Positions 14,281-28,467 of a stretch of DNA of 64,000 nt are shown here, in pieces. The stretch's first letter is position 1. The number at the start of each line of letters is the position of its first letter. The stretch spans positions 39,618,001 through 39,682,000 of the forward strand of contig OX597816.1 of assembly GCA_951406725.2 (NCBI GenBank), read 5' to 3'. A program made the translations under genes and the position numbers. The DNA comes from Octopus vulgaris (Eukaryota). The notes beneath the pieces are model-generated. The model saw only the letters and a list, made by a program, of their open reading frames with translations. It searched no databases and had not been told where the DNA came from.

Positions 14281-17200
14281 TTTATATTTATTATTACACA
14301 TTGCTATAAGACGGCGAGCTAGTAGAATCATTAGCACACCGGACAAAATGCTTAGCGGCATTTCGTCTGTCCTTACTTCCAGAGTTCAAACAATACGGAG
14401 GTCGACTTTGCCTTTCATCGTTTTGGGATTGATAAAATAAATATCAGTCGAGCACTGGGGTTGATGTAATCAATTAGACCCTTCCCCCAAAATTTCAAGC
14501 CTTGTGCCAGTAAAAGAAACAATTATTATACATTGATATATTTACACTTCATCCTTTCGTGTTCGACAAACAAAAAGAAAAAAAAAAGGTGCCCACCCAG
14601 GCCGTGGGTTGGTGGAAATGCTAGGTTAAAGGGTCAGGCAAGATGCTTTGCGATGTCTATTCCAGCTCTTTGTGTTTTGAAAGGAACGTCTCCAACGACA
14701 TTGATATCGGGCTGTATTGGTCCAAGCTGACGGCGTCTTCCTTATATAAATAAACATGGGTATCGTTGAAAGAGTTTTTAGAGTAAAAGATTTTCATGTT
14801 GACGCTCTGTAAACCAGCCATGTATATAACACCAGAGTTGTCTCCCGTGCTTGCTGACCTGTTCGGAACAACACTAATTATTAACTAATATTGCTTTTTA
14901 GCCCTTGTTTGATATTGTATTGTTGACTAGTATTGCTTTTAGTCCTTATATTATTTTTTTTCCCGCGACATCTTTTACCTGCTTCAGTCATTAGACTGCG
15001 GCCATGCTGGGGCACAACCTTGAAGAATTTATAGTCAAATGAATCGACTCCAGTACTTAATTTCTCTTAAGCCTAATACTTAATATATCGGTGCTGTTAC
15101 CGAACTGCTAAGTTACGGAGACGTAAACACACCAACACCGGTTGTCAAGCGGTGATCACACACACGCACACACACACACGCGCGCGCGCGCGCACACACA
15201 CACACACACACATACACACACACACACACACACAAACACATACAAATATATATTCGACAGGCCGTTTTCAGTTTCCGTCTACCAAAGCAACTAACAAAGC
15301 TTTGGTCGACCGGATGCTATAGTAGAAGACACTTGCCCAGCGTGCCAAGCAGTGAAACTGAACCCGGAACCATTTGGTTGAGAAGCAAACTTTATACCAC
15401 ACAGCTACGTCTGCGTAATAATTTATTATTGAATTATTTTTGTTGTTACCCACAATAAATATACTAACATTCACCCCATTGATTGTTGGCGGATATTAAG
15501 ATCCACATCTTTCTCCTGTCATCCGTTTTACATCTCTAGTAAGGTACTGTTGTCATATTTTATATTCACAAGAATTCTCTCAGATAGATTGGAAGCCAAA
15601 GATTATTAAGATGTAGATCATCGATTTATTGCTTTGGAGCTGAGTATCATTAGCAACTTTAGAGATGTTGGTACCCATTTTTAAAAAATTGTTTCTAGAA
15701 GGTTTTTAAAGCGCTTCTTAAAGCATTATGAATGCTTTATAAATATTTCATTCAAAAGTTGGTCACCCATAGAATAGGTCTGTCACGAGTCCTAGGATCC
15801 ATAAAGCACCAGCTTCGCCTGGTCTCCATAGCTCATAAGTTACTGAAATTACAACACTACCTCTTGAACGGGATGCCATTCTGTCGTAAGTCAACTTCCC
15901 AGCTATTGATGGAATTCATTATCAGCTGAGAGGACTGGAGTAATGTGAAATGAAGTGTTTTGCTCAAGGACAAAACGCACCCCTCGGTCTAGGAATCTTA
16001 CAATCGCGAGTATATTATTCCAACCACTAGGCAACGCGCCTTCGCTCACCTGTAGAATATTACAATAAAACTATAACCGTCACCAGGCTTGCACAAATAA
16101 TATTAGGTGCCTATGTAATAGCAAGCAGACACAGATACCCTCTCAGCTCTCCTGGGTGCAACAGCTGGAGGAAGGGAGAGGAACCTCTACAAGTGCTCGG
16201 TTGGTACTCATTTCAGGAATTCAGGAATTCAATTACAACCGAGTAGATAAGAACAACGTAAAATGAAGTTGTTTGCTCAAAGACACAACGTTCTGCTCCA
16301 CCCGTTGTCGGAATCGAATTTACGACACCCTGATCGTGAGCCTAATACGCTAACCACTCGGCCACGCATCACATCAACAGAATGTACATGGAGCACATGG
16401 CATAGTGGTTAGAGCAGCGGACTTGAGGTCGAGGAAACACGGGTTCGAATCTCAGACCGGGCGATGTGTGTGTTTATGAGCGAAACACATAAGCTCCACG
16501 CGGCTCCGGCAGAAGGTAATGGCGAACTTCTGCTGACTCTTTCGCCACAACTTTCTCTCACTCTTTCCTCCTGCATCTTGCAGCTTACCTGCGACGGACC
16601 GGCGTCCCGTCCAGGTGGGGAACCTATACGCCAAGGAAACCGGGAAACCGGCGCTTATGAGCCAGGCATGGCTCGAGAAGGAACAAACAACATCAAACTT
16701 GAAAATAATTTGCGGTTGAATTCTGTAACATTAGGGGACGAAACCAATTACTGTAAGGCTTCTCCACCGGTTTTGTAATTTTTTTTTTATATAACCACTA
16801 CACGGACTTTTGTAGTAGGGATGTCTAAAGTTTCTTAAACTTTCACCACACAGTTGAGCTCGAGCTCGGTATATAACTGGTACTGATTTTATTCATCACA
16901 GAAAGAAACAAGACGTGAACCATTTTTGACACAGACGGTTGTGATTTGAGGGAAATTTAACCACTATTTATAGCATGTAGAGTTTTCTTTGTTTGCTAAA
17001 CCTTTTTGTTATTTCCCAAGGCGAAGTCTGAAGTAAACGAAAGTCGTAACAAATCGTCAAGCCATAAGTAATTTAGTCATTCAGCATTACTAAACATTCA
17101 CATTAATGAAGATTTAGTGCAATTTTTCGGTGGTTGATGCGGAAGAAAGGCATTTTTATCATTAATCATTTTGTTGATTAGTATAGCTTTGGGGTGTTTT

Positions 17201-17287
17201 GTAGAATCTGATAAAGACTATGACATGACAATCTTAGAGTGTCTTCATGAAAGAGTGTTAACAAAAGAATGCTGACACTGCGAGATG

Positions 17288-17380
<93 letters not shown>

Positions 17381-17772
17381 AGTGATATTGAACAAATGAA
17401 AAGACAGAGAATAGATGAGAAAACGAGAGGAAAGAGGGTAGATGGAGAGAGAAAGAGAGAGAGAGAGGAAAGAGAGAGGAAAGAGGGTAAATGGAGAGAG
17501 AGAAAGAGGGGGTAAATGGAGAGGGAGAGAGAGAGAGATGAAGTGACAGAGAGCAAATGAAAAGATAGAGAATAAATGAGAGAAGGAGAGAGTGAGAAAA
17601 AGAGAGAGGAAAGAAGATAAATGGAGAGAGAAAGAGAGAGAGAGAAAGAGAGAAAGAGAGAGGAAAGAAGTTAAATGGAGAGAGAAAGAGAGAGAGAGGG
17701 AAAGAGGGAAAGAGGGTAGATTGGGAAAGAAAGAAAGAAAGAAAGAGAGAAGGAGAGGGAGAGAAAGAGGTA
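17288..17772. repeat. (GATA)n/(GA)n and degenerate polypurine tract
   Basis: Direct inspection; includes a recurring AATGGAGAGAGAAAGAG subunit. Confidence 0.9.
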
Positions 17773-17933
17773 AGTGAGCAGGGTGAATGATAAATAAGAC
17801 TAGAAAAATTATATAAAATGAAGGGAAATAAGTTACATACATACAATAACACATATATACATGCAAAATCATACACATACATACATACATACATACATAC
17901 AAGCATTCATGTATGCATACTCACATATATACT

Positions 17934-17973
<40 letters not shown>

Positions 17974-18914
17974 GAGTCACTGAAAATGTGACGCGTAGTG
18001 GTTAGGGGTATGGGTTTTACGATCATAAGGTCATGCGTTCGGTCCCTGGGTTAGGCAATGCGTTAAGTTCTTGAGCAAGACACTTCATTTCACGTTGCTT
18101 TGGCCTACTCTGTTTTAAATGAATACCAGACTAGTTCCAGACGGATTATGTTCTAAGAAGGAACGATCCGTGTGGAACCAGGGAGTTTGGAGGCAACACG
18201 AACAAGAAGTGGAGGCGAATGTGTCTGGAGAACCTGAGTAATATATTTCGATGTCTCAGTTAATCAGCATTGGCGGATGGCAGAAATGGTTGGGCGTCGA
18301 ACAAAATGGTTTAAAATATATTTCTCCAATATATTTACTACCCACAAGGGGCTAAACACAGAGGGGAAAAACAAGGACAGACAAACGGATTAAGTCGATT
18401 ATATCGACCCCAGTGCGTAACTGGTACTTAATTTATCGACCCCGAAAGGATGAAAGGCAAAGTCGACCCCAGCGGAATTTGAACTCAGAACGTAAAGATG
18501 GACGAAATATCTATTTCTTTATTACCCACAAGGGGCTAAACATAGAGGGGACAAACAAGGACAGACAAACGGATTAAGTCGATTATATCGACCCCAAGGT
18601 GTAACTGGTACTTAATTTATCGACCCCGAAAGGATGAAAGGCAAAGTCGACCTCGGCGGAATTTGAACTCAGAACGTAACGGCAGACGAAATACGGCTAC
18701 GCATTTCGCCCAGCATGCTAACGTTTCTGCCAGCTCGCCGCCTTAATGGTTTAAAATATTTGATTACGTCTCTTTATGTCCTTTTGCTGTCTAGCTTCGA
18801 CAGTTTCTGACATAGCAAAGTGGAAACTAAAGCAAGCAAGCTATCAAGCAAACAAACAAGAAAAACAGTGGCACCTAATATTTTGGTGGTTGGATATATT
18901 TAGTTACTCTTACT

Positions 18915-19405
18915 TTCTTAACTCGTTCGTTCCTTCTGGAGCATCGGTCCTCGACGACTTTTCTCCACTATTCTCGGCTCAGTTCGCTTTCTGCATTTTC
19001 AGCCCCTATTCAGTATCTCGTCTCCAGCTATTTTAGGGCGTCCTCTCTTCCGCCTCCCTTGCTAGCTGCAAGTCAGGGGCTGACGTGTAATGTAGTATGT
19101 TGGTTTCCTTTCGGATTTTGCTGCACTGCCTCATGTGTTTCCCTGAGGGAAGGCCTTCCTCACCCAGGTTTTGTTACTTTGAATTGTTCTTTTGGATTCT
19201 AGGTAGGGCTGAAGGCCCTACAAAAATCCGTTTTTATCTCTGCAAAAAGGTTAGTCCGTATTAGTTTGGCCCCTGTCCTTTAACTTGTCTATTATGGGAG
19301 GCCCTACCGGAGCTTGCGCTCCACTGGCATAGTTCTCATTGAGGCATAGGAGTCACTATACCGCAACAAGTACTGGACCTTGCGGTGGGCTGGATACACT
19401 AGATG
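18915..19405 (-). mobile_element. RTE-like LINE remnant; similar short remnants at about 43125-43270 and 61610-62010
   Basis: Minus strand encodes GRRKRGRP close to a short 3' end, typical of RTE-clade C-termini. Heavily decayed. Confidence 0.5.
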
Positions 19406-19430
19406 AAAGAAAGAAATGAAGGAAGAGGTG

Positions 19431-19491
<61 letters not shown>

Positions 19492-19520
19492 ACACACACA
19501 CACACTCACCCCACACACAT

Positions 19521-19576
<56 letters not shown>

Positions 19577-20467
19577 CCCCAACACACATGCACACACACA
19601 CACACACACACACACACAATGTTATTGTTACAGAGAAAAGCTTCCATCCTTTGTTTGAAATCAAACACAAGTAAAGCAAATAATATTCCGAATAATTCAT
19701 GGCGAATAGATATTCTCTATCCTATGTATACCATTATCGTCTGTTTTGTAACAAAATAGACCGCCACCAATATTTGCTTATTCATGTAAGCTTTCTGAAG
19801 TGTATAGGTAAAAAAAAAAAAGTCTCGTTCATTTAGCCTTATACTGTGGTTGCTCTACCTGCTAGAAATAGTTGCAGAATATATATTTCATTATTACCCA
19901 CAAGGGTCTAAACACAGAGGGGACAAACAAGGACAGACAAAGGTACTAAGTCGATTATATCGACGCCAGTGCGTAACTGGTACTTAATTTATCGACCCCG
20001 AAAGATGAAAGGCAAAATCGACCTCGGCGGAATTTGAACTCAGAACGTAACGGCAGACGAAATACGGCTACGCATTTCGCCCGGCGCGCTAACGTTTCTG
20101 CCAACTCGCCACCCAGTTGCAGAATACACACCAGATCATACCCTACTATCTTAAAAATGGAAGGCACACTGTATAATGTACTCCTGAATAAAAAGTATGT
20201 CCGAAACGCCAGACTAAAAAGTAAAGTAATAAGTCTAGATGTCCACGGATGGAACGTCTTCGATCTTAGGTTTGCTGGATCAGTTTAAACAGCACCAACA
20301 ACAGTAAATAGTCTAAAATTTCCTTTTATGTATGTATGTATGTATGTATGTATGTATGTATGTATGTATGTATGTATGTATGTATGTATGTATGTATGTA
20401 TGTATGTATGTATGTATGTATGTATGTATGTATGTATGTATGTATGTATGTATGTATGTATGTATGT

Positions 20468-20526
<59 letters not shown>

Positions 20527-20529
<3 letters not shown>

Positions 20530-21445
20530 ATGGTGTTATCGATAAGTATCCGGACGGTTGCCATAATAACGAAGTTAAAGCACGCAGAATGAAGCGGTTT
20601 GGCACAAACTGACCTTGAACTCTGCTGTGCTTGCGCACTAAGTTTTAATGGTCTAGCTCACTTCCGCTGTTTACAGCAATGCTTGGAAGGAAGGTGTGTA
20701 GCGTGTGATCGTCGCATTGACCATGGCAGAGTGAGTTGAGCAGAGAATCTGCATCAAATTTTGTCAAAAGCTTGGCGATACCTGCTCAGAAGCCTACGCA
20801 AAGTTTTCAAAAAGATTTCATCGTTCTCGACACAATCAAGGAGACCTTGTGCAACTAAAACCCGAGTGTCTTTTTGGTCAGCTGAAAGCAGTTTTGGCAC
20901 AAACTTGGCAGACAGCTTGGTATACCTAAATCTTCAGTGATAATGGACTGAACTGAACCCTAATTAACCTGAGGCATAGGAGTCACCATCCGTGAGTTAT
21001 TAGATAACTCATGGATGGTGATTCGACGATTTCCCCCTCACAGCTGCAAGCACGTATGCGATGTATTTCTCAGTTCCGCTGGTTGCGGGTCTCCCAGAAT
21101 GTTCGTTAATATCGACATGTTTACGGTCATTTTGGAAATGTCTGAACCACTCGTACACGTGTCTGTGGCTCATACACTCCTCTCCATACACTTTCTGTAA
21201 CATCGACGCAGGCCTCTGAGCAGGTGTCGCCATGACAACTTTCTCTGTCATGGTCAATATGACGATCACACGCTACACACCTTCCTTCGAAGCACAGCTG
21301 CAAACAGCGGAAGTGAGATTGAACGTTAAAATTTAGTGTGCATGCACAGCAGAGTTAACTCTGCTTCGCTCTGCGGCTTCACTCTGCGTCCTTTAGCTTC
21401 GTTACTATGGCAACAGCTCGGATAATTTTTGGTCAGACCTTGTAT
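20527..21445. mobile_element. mariner-derived element with two inverted 5' ends
   Basis: Transposase N-terminal peptides on both strands (VEQRICIKFCQKLGDTCSEA; KVYGEECMSHRHVYEWFRHF..SGRPATS). Inverted arms of about 200 bp. Confidence 0.8.
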
Positions 21446-21619
21446 ACATATTTTTTACTGTTAGCTGAGTCAATTGAATCGACACAGTATTTATTTTCTT
21501 TTAAGCCTGGTACCTATTCAATCAATCACTTTTGCCGAACCGCTTAGTTACGAGGGCATAAACACACTAACACCGGTTGTGAAGGTGTGATAGAGGTCAA
21601 ACACAGACACAGACACACG

Positions 21620-21658
<39 letters not shown>

Positions 21659-21812
21659 GACGGGCTTCTTTCAGTTTCCGTCAACCAAATTCACTCACAA
21701 GGTTTTGGTTGGCCAGTGGTTATAGTAGAAAACACTTGCTCAAGGTGTCACGCATGTGGTTGGGAAGCAATGCTTCTTACCACACAGCTACACCTGTCCC
21801 TCATATAATATA

Positions 21813-22030
21813 TACAAGAGGGTGCTGAAAAGTTCCTGACCTTAGGGGTGTCGCGAAAGGCCTGGCTGAAGGCTCAACCTTTCGAATTTTTTTACAAGGC
21901 TTAGAAAAACTGAAGGATCGCTGCAATAAATTTGTGAATCTGGGAGGGGGAATATGTTGAACAAAATCATAATTAACTGATCCTCCTGTATTTTCTTATA
22001 CCCAAATCCAAGAACTTTTCAGCTCCCCAC
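21813..22030. mobile_element. Short mariner-type MITE
   Basis: TA-CAAGAGGGTGCTGAAAAGTTCCTG at the left end and CAAGAACTTTTCAGCTCCCC at the right end. Confidence 0.6.
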
Positions 22031-22398
22031 TCCTGGTGTGTGTATGTATGGATATATACATATATGTATCACCGTGAATACCGTGACCGAACAGGCTATC
22101 AGATGCTGCTACACACCGCTGGTCACAATGCGCTTCGCATTGTTTTTAGCCTTCAAATGACGCCACCCCTCTGGTTAAGCGAGCAGGCCAACAGAAGAAA
22201 GAGTGAGAGAAAGTTGTGGCGAAAGAGTACAGCAGGGATCGCCACCACCCCCTGCCGGAGCCGCGTGGGGCTTTAGGTGTTTTCGCTCAATAAACACTCA
22301 CAACGCCCGGTCTGGGAATCGAAACCGCGATCCTACGACCGCGAGTCCGCTGCCCTAACCACTGGGCCATTGCGCCTCCACACAGACACAGACACACG

Positions 22399-22461
<63 letters not shown>

Positions 22462-23087
22462 CTGTATGTTTGTGTATGTACATAAATCATATTCTACTAT
22501 GAATTAGCCTCTGACAGACAATTCGATAACGCAAAATCTCCCAAACCATATCTGCCATTCCTATATTTATATTTAGGCATGTCACCGACCGTTACATGTG
22601 TTGCAGAACAACGTCGTAGATCCAGTCAAGACTGGCGTCATGTTACCTTTTTTTTCTATTCAAACCAATCCCAAAATAAATTTATTCAACAGATATCCAT
22701 ACTAACATTTGCAGTTCCTATAAATAGTTACTTTATTCATTAACACAAGTCAACTTAATTGAGACTGCGAAAAAAACAAACAAACAAAAATTCCACAACA
22801 ACAACAAAAAAAGAAGAAAAAAACAATACAATCTGCTATTCAACTTACTGATCACGGAAGCTTAAAAGACAAATGAAACTTGATGCAATTTGAAATGAGA
22901 AATTTGAGGACACAGGCTGTATTCCTCAAACTAGGTTTCGAAGTGCTCCAGGTTTCTGTAAAAACGTTCTGGAGTACCACGAAATAAAGATTTGTTTTGT
23001 TGTGTCTGGGGAGAACATTCTCTTTTAGTGCCTTGTAATTTAACACACTCACCGGTAAAATTTCCACTCATTTACTTATTTATTTTT

Positions 23088-23124
23088 CTAAAATTTTCGC
23101 TGCGTCTAGCAGCCTTTTCAATAG
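23088..23124 (-). ncRNA. Minimal hammerhead-like motif (U3-A8 variant)
   Basis: Minus strand reads CTA-TTGAAAA-g-GCTGC(tagac)GCAGC-GAAA-AT-TT-TAG. It overlaps a 16-bp inverted repeat (23111-23126 / 23133-23148). Confidence 0.55.
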
Positions 23125-24260
23125 TTGTGGATAACTATTGAAAAGGCTACAGAATATGCTTCAACACACGAACTCACATAAAGAATCTTGCAAACCAAAT
23201 TAAAAAATGAGAGAGTTGCTTTGATATAGCTTAAATATAGCTTAATTACTTATTTAAACATAATGCATTCGTAGGCGCAGGTGTGGCTGTGTAGTAGGAA
23301 GCTTGCTTCCCAACCACATGGTTCCAGGTTCAGTCCCACTGCGTGGCACTTTGGGCAAGTGTCTTCTTCTATAGCCTCGGGCCGACCAAACCCTTGTGAA
23401 TGAATTTGGTTGACGGAAACTGAAAGAAGCCCGTCGTGTGTGTGTGTGTGTGTCAGAAACTGAGAGAAGCTCGTCATATATATATATTTATGTGTGTGTG
23501 TTAGTGTGTTTATGTCCTCGACCATCACTTGACTACCTATGTCGGTGTGTTTACATCTCTGTAACTTAGCGGTTCGGCAGAAGAACCGATAGAATAAGCA
23601 CCAAGTTTACATAGAATAAGTCCAGGGGTCGATTTCTTCGACTAAAAGGCGGTGCTCCAGCATGGCCACAGTCAAATGACTAACACAAGTAAAAGAGTAA
23701 AAGAATCATAGTTTACATAATATTTTAATAAGTTGCTCTTTTTTTGCTTGTTTCATTCATTGGACTGCAGCCATGCTGGAGCACCGCTTTGTCGCGTTTG
23801 TCGAATAAAAAAGACATGTCTTAGAGTCTGGTATTTATTCTATCAGTTGTGAAATGGTGGGAGGCCACTCTCTCTCTCTCTCACACACACACACGCACAC
23901 ACATATACATGTGTAGGACTTCTCTGAGTTTCCGTCCACCAAATTCACCAACAAGCTATTGGTTGCCCAAGTTTCTGCGCAGTGGAACCGAACCCGAAAC
24001 CACGTAGTTGCAAAGCAAACTTCTTAAGCACACAGCCATACCTACGGCTATATACACTCTATATTTTCTTTTTAAATATAAATAAATCCTAGCTTTAAAA
24101 CAATTTTTATTTATGACAAGCAAGCCTGTAAAATATAAACATGGATTCTGTGATTTTTTTTGAAAATCGTATAAAGATACTGCAATAAAATACGTTTCAG
24201 AGAATTTCGAAACAATATGTGCTTAGTGGGTACTCCTTGTTTCGTACATTTACTGCTATA

Positions 24261-24405
24261 TATAGATGTTTTCGATCTAGTTTGGATTCTTTACCATCAA
24301 ATTTGAATTCTTTGCAATCAAATTTGAATTCTTTGCCATCAAATTTGAATTCTTTGCAATCAAATTTGATGGCAAAGAATCCAAACTAGACCGAAAACAT
24401 CTATA
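24261..24405. repeat. Hairpin whose centre has expanded into 4 x 21-bp tandem repeats
   Basis: TATAGATGTTTTCG.TCTAGTTTGGATTCTTT ... AAAGAATCCAAACTAGA.CGAAAACATCTATA. Repeat unit ATTCTTTGC(C/A)ATCAAATTTGA. Confidence 0.85.
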
Positions 24406-24627
24406 ATACATAGATATTGATATTTGTCGGAGGTCCGTGACCTATGGGAAAAACTACAGTCGATTAAATCAAACTCAGTACTTAACTAGTTAATTTATTA
24501 ACCTTGAAAGGAGGAAAGAAAGGCAAAGTAGAGTCCATAGGGGTAGTTACTCAAAATATAAATTCAATAAATCTTTTCATAGTGATTTTTTGAGACGCTG
24601 GAAAATTATATTTATTTTTATTAATAG

Positions 24628-24694
24628 GAAATTGTCGAGAAACCAGTGTTCCTTCGCGAAGCCAGCTATTATGATTTAAATCAAGGAGAACTTG
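24628..24694 (+). CDS. Calpain exon 2: EIVEKPVFLREASYYDLNQGELG
   Basis: Acceptor ttaatAG and donor GTAAGT at 24695. 67 nt, phase 0 to 1. Carries the DLxQGxLG oxyanion motif and is in frame with exons 1 and 3. Confidence 0.93.
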
Positions 24695-27600
24695 GTAAGT
24701 ATTTCTAACTAAATATACAATAATATATTGACATTTATTCACTTATTCCTCTCTCAGATACACGTCTCTCCTGAAATTCTAACCCATCTCTTCTCATCAA
24801 GATACGTTTCCTATCCCACCATCTTTCCGGAAAGCGATGTCAGCGTTTACGTAACATTTATACGCACACATATACATACCCCACACCACACACACACATT
24901 CACACTCCTCTCATCTGGATATTAGCAAAAGATGCTCGGTTGCTGAAAGCAACCCTTCCTCATCTGTTTTCCCTTTTCAAATTCTTCCAGCAGTTTTTCA
25001 ACTATTCCACATTTTCTGTAGGGACATTTAGTCCAACTCGCCTGTGTGTAAAGCCATCCCCCTTACTCTTACTCTTTTTACTCTTTTACTTGTTTCAGTC
25101 ATTTGACTGCGGCCATGCTGGAGCACCGCCTTTAATCGAACAACTCGACCCCGGGACTTATTCTTTTGTAAGCCCAGTACTTATTCTATCGGTCTCTTTT
25201 GCCGAACCGCTAAGTAACGGGGACGTAAACACACCAGCATCGGTTGTCAAGCAATGCTAGGGGGACAAACACAGACACACAAACATACACGCACACACAC
25301 ACATATATATATATACATATATACGACGGGCTTCTTTCAGTTTCCGTCTACCAAATCCACTCACAAGGCATTGGTCGGCCCGGGGCTATAGCAGAAGACA
25401 CTTGCCCAAGGTGCCACGCAGTGGGACTGAACCCGGAACCATGTGGTTGGTTAGCAAGCTACTTACCACACAGCCACTCCTGCGGCTTGGTAACTTTAAT
25501 TTATATAAATTCTCCCAGCTATCACATTCCACCTACAACAACATCACAAATATAGAGGCCGAGATGTTTGTCATTCTGAGCAGTTTGCAAAATTTAGTAT
25601 TATTTCTGCCTTTCCAAATTACCTTTAGCTCCTTTTACTTAAACTATAGATTTAACCAGTCATCAATGGATCTTCTTCCCATCAGATCGTCTGCTGATTG
25701 CTTAATTTAAGACAACTCACCTTACCCTACGTTATACAGCAACTACTTGGCTGAAGCACTGCCTACGTAGTAGACATAGAGATATGTCAAATTCACATCT
25801 TATACGTAGATTAAAAAAAATAAAATGATGAACAACTTTAATCGATTTTCGACCCTTATCTCTTTATTGTCCACAGGGGGCCTAAACATAGAGGGGACAA
25901 ACAAAGACAAACAGATTAAGTCGATTATATAGACCCCAGTGCGTAACTGGTACTTATTTAATCGACCCCGAAAGGATGAAAGGCAAAGTCGACCTCGGCG
26001 GAATTTGAACTCAGAACGTGACGGCAGACGAAATACGACTACGCATTTCGCCCGGCGTGCTAACGATTCTGTCAGCTCGCCGCCTTATTGGTGTCTCATT
26101 AGTAGTGTTTATGTTACTTTACCAATCTCAGAGAATATACTGTCTATGATATATTTCATTGACTTTTCTGCTTGCAAATGTGCTTCACCTCAAATCTAAT
26201 CCGGACAGCTAAGTGACTGACCAATAAACTTACTCCACTTTGCACTTTGCATGCGAAAACTCCATAGACCATAGATTTCATAAATATACCGACAAGACCA
26301 ACAGCTTCTCTAACAAATACTCTACCGAAGGTAAGTAATATGCAACTGGTAATTTCGCACTCAACATTTCATTGGTAACGTTTTATTTTCATTGCCGCTT
26401 AAATAAATTTATATATTTGTGAATATACTTATGTAACAGTATACACACACATACACACACACATTCACATGTAAACCCACATGGTTTACATGTGTGTAAA
26501 CATTTATCTATATCTCCGTAGATTTAAAAAACGACGACCCACCTTTATAGATTTTCGACCCTTATTGGGGATTAATCAGAAGTGTCTACATCACTTGACC
26601 AATCTCAGAGACACAAGTAGCACCAATCCATTTATATACACATTAAATCTATTTAGAAGCTTTCAGAGATCTGGGGCCACTAATTTGCATGTGTTTAACA
26701 CTTCATTTAATATTAAAGACCTGTCAACGGAAACCCAGTCAACGCAGAATCAAGCTATGAAAAAGGGACTTCCGGTAGGTGAAGAAAAACAAAAGAATGA
26801 CAACAGTGAATGTTAAACGAATCTGAATGAACTAAACAGAAATAACTGGCGACTTAAGCCCTGATGTACGTAAAGTAATAAACCTTCGATAAATGTATTC
26901 TCGTCGCCACCAGTTTGCTATATGTGTGTATATTATTCCGACCTAACGAGGTGCCTCAACTGAAGTTCCTAATTCAACTGAAACTTATACATACATACAT
27001 ATATACATACATACATACATTCTGCATGCATGAAGTGGATTCGATCCACCATAGCCAAATTTAAATTAACACTGCAACAGAACTTTTCCCATGATGGAAC
27101 AATTGTTTTTCTTTGACAGCAGTTTTACATTTTCCAGATGCCTTTAGCTAGGCCGAAATAATGTCTTCACCACTTGACCCTTTCTAACCTCTTCTACTTC
27201 ACCAAAAGCTAGAGTGGAGATAACAAGACCACCAACTAAATCTATTGTTTTCAATGATATATCTATCCTTCTAGATAGTTAAAAAAGCAAACATACCCCA
27301 AGCAAAAGTCAGTTAAGTCACAGTCGGTGACGACTCAACGAGGTCTGGCTGACCAGCCTTGGTCAGAGGGAGAAATGAAGTTTACGGTCAGCAACTGTGA
27401 GACAACGTTCCACAACCTACAATTCTCACTAGCTCCATTCTGTTCTCTTACAGCATCATTCTATCTCTCTGTGTACTTACTACTAAACAGTGAAGAGGAC
27501 ACAAACACAAACTTTACTTTGCATGCTTTTGGATTTATCATAACCTGCCCGTCGAGGCAAGGTATTTGTAACGTAACGGTAAATAAATACTTTCTTAAAA

Positions 27601-27790
27601 CTTCATACATTGTTCATCTTCCACATCTTACAGTATGCCGTTATAACAACTTTACCAATCTTAACCATTACACACACACACACACACACATACATATATA
27701 TATATATTCCATATGAATACTTTGATATCTGTTTCTCTATGTTTGTAATAAGTTTGACATCGACTAATCCTATGATTTGTTTCCTTATAG

Positions 27791-27901
27791 GGAATTGCTG
27801 GTTCATTTGTGGTCTGAATTCACTTATTGTCAACAGCAAGAAGAAATTCCAAAAAGTTGTCCCTCCTAACCAGGGCTTTGAAAAATCAGACCATTATGCT
27901 G
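27791..27901 (+). CDS. Calpain exon 3 with catalytic Cys: (G)NCWFICGLNSLIVNSKKKFQKVVPPNQGFEKSDHYA(G)
   Basis: Acceptor ttccttatAG and donor GTGAGT at 27902. 111 nt, phase 1 to 1. GNCWF and KVVP..Q.F...YAG motifs. Confidence 0.95.
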
Positions 27902-28178
27902 GTGAGTATCTGACACAGCAGTTTAATAAGCATAATAATAATAATAATAATAATAATAGTAATAGTTTCAAATTTTGCGTAGAGGGCACAAACAAGGACA
28001 GACAAAGGGATTAAGTAGATTACATCGACTCCAGTGCGTAACTGGTATTTAATTAGTCGACCTTGAAAGGATGAAAGGCAAAGTCGATCTCGGTGGAATT
28101 TGAACTCAGAACTTAATGACGGACGAAATGCCGCTAAGCACTTTGTCCGGGTGCTTACGATTCTGCCAGCTCGCCGCC

Positions 28179-28213
<35 letters not shown>

Positions 28214-28422
28214 TCTTTCTGCTATAGGCACAAGGCCTGAAATGTGTGGGGAGGGACTAAGTCGATTATATCAATCCAAATGCTCAAGTAGTATTTATTT
28301 CATCGACCCCGAAAGGATGAAAAGCAAAGTCGTCCTCGGCGGAATTTGAACTCAGAACGTGAAGACGCTAAACATTTCGCCCGGCGTGCCGACGATTCTG
28401 CCAGCTCGATTCTGCCAGAATT

Positions 28423-28467
<45 letters not shown>

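Noticed and set aside
24286-24369. CRISPR-like short repeat array
   Set aside because: The 21-bp repeats are contiguous with no spacers, the context is eukaryotic and there are no cas genes.
26230-26336. Strong donor AAG|GTAAGT in intron 2 suggesting an extra exon
   Set aside because: Exons 2 and 3 already join in frame across QGELG|NCW, and there is no calpain-like coding sequence or clear acceptor here.
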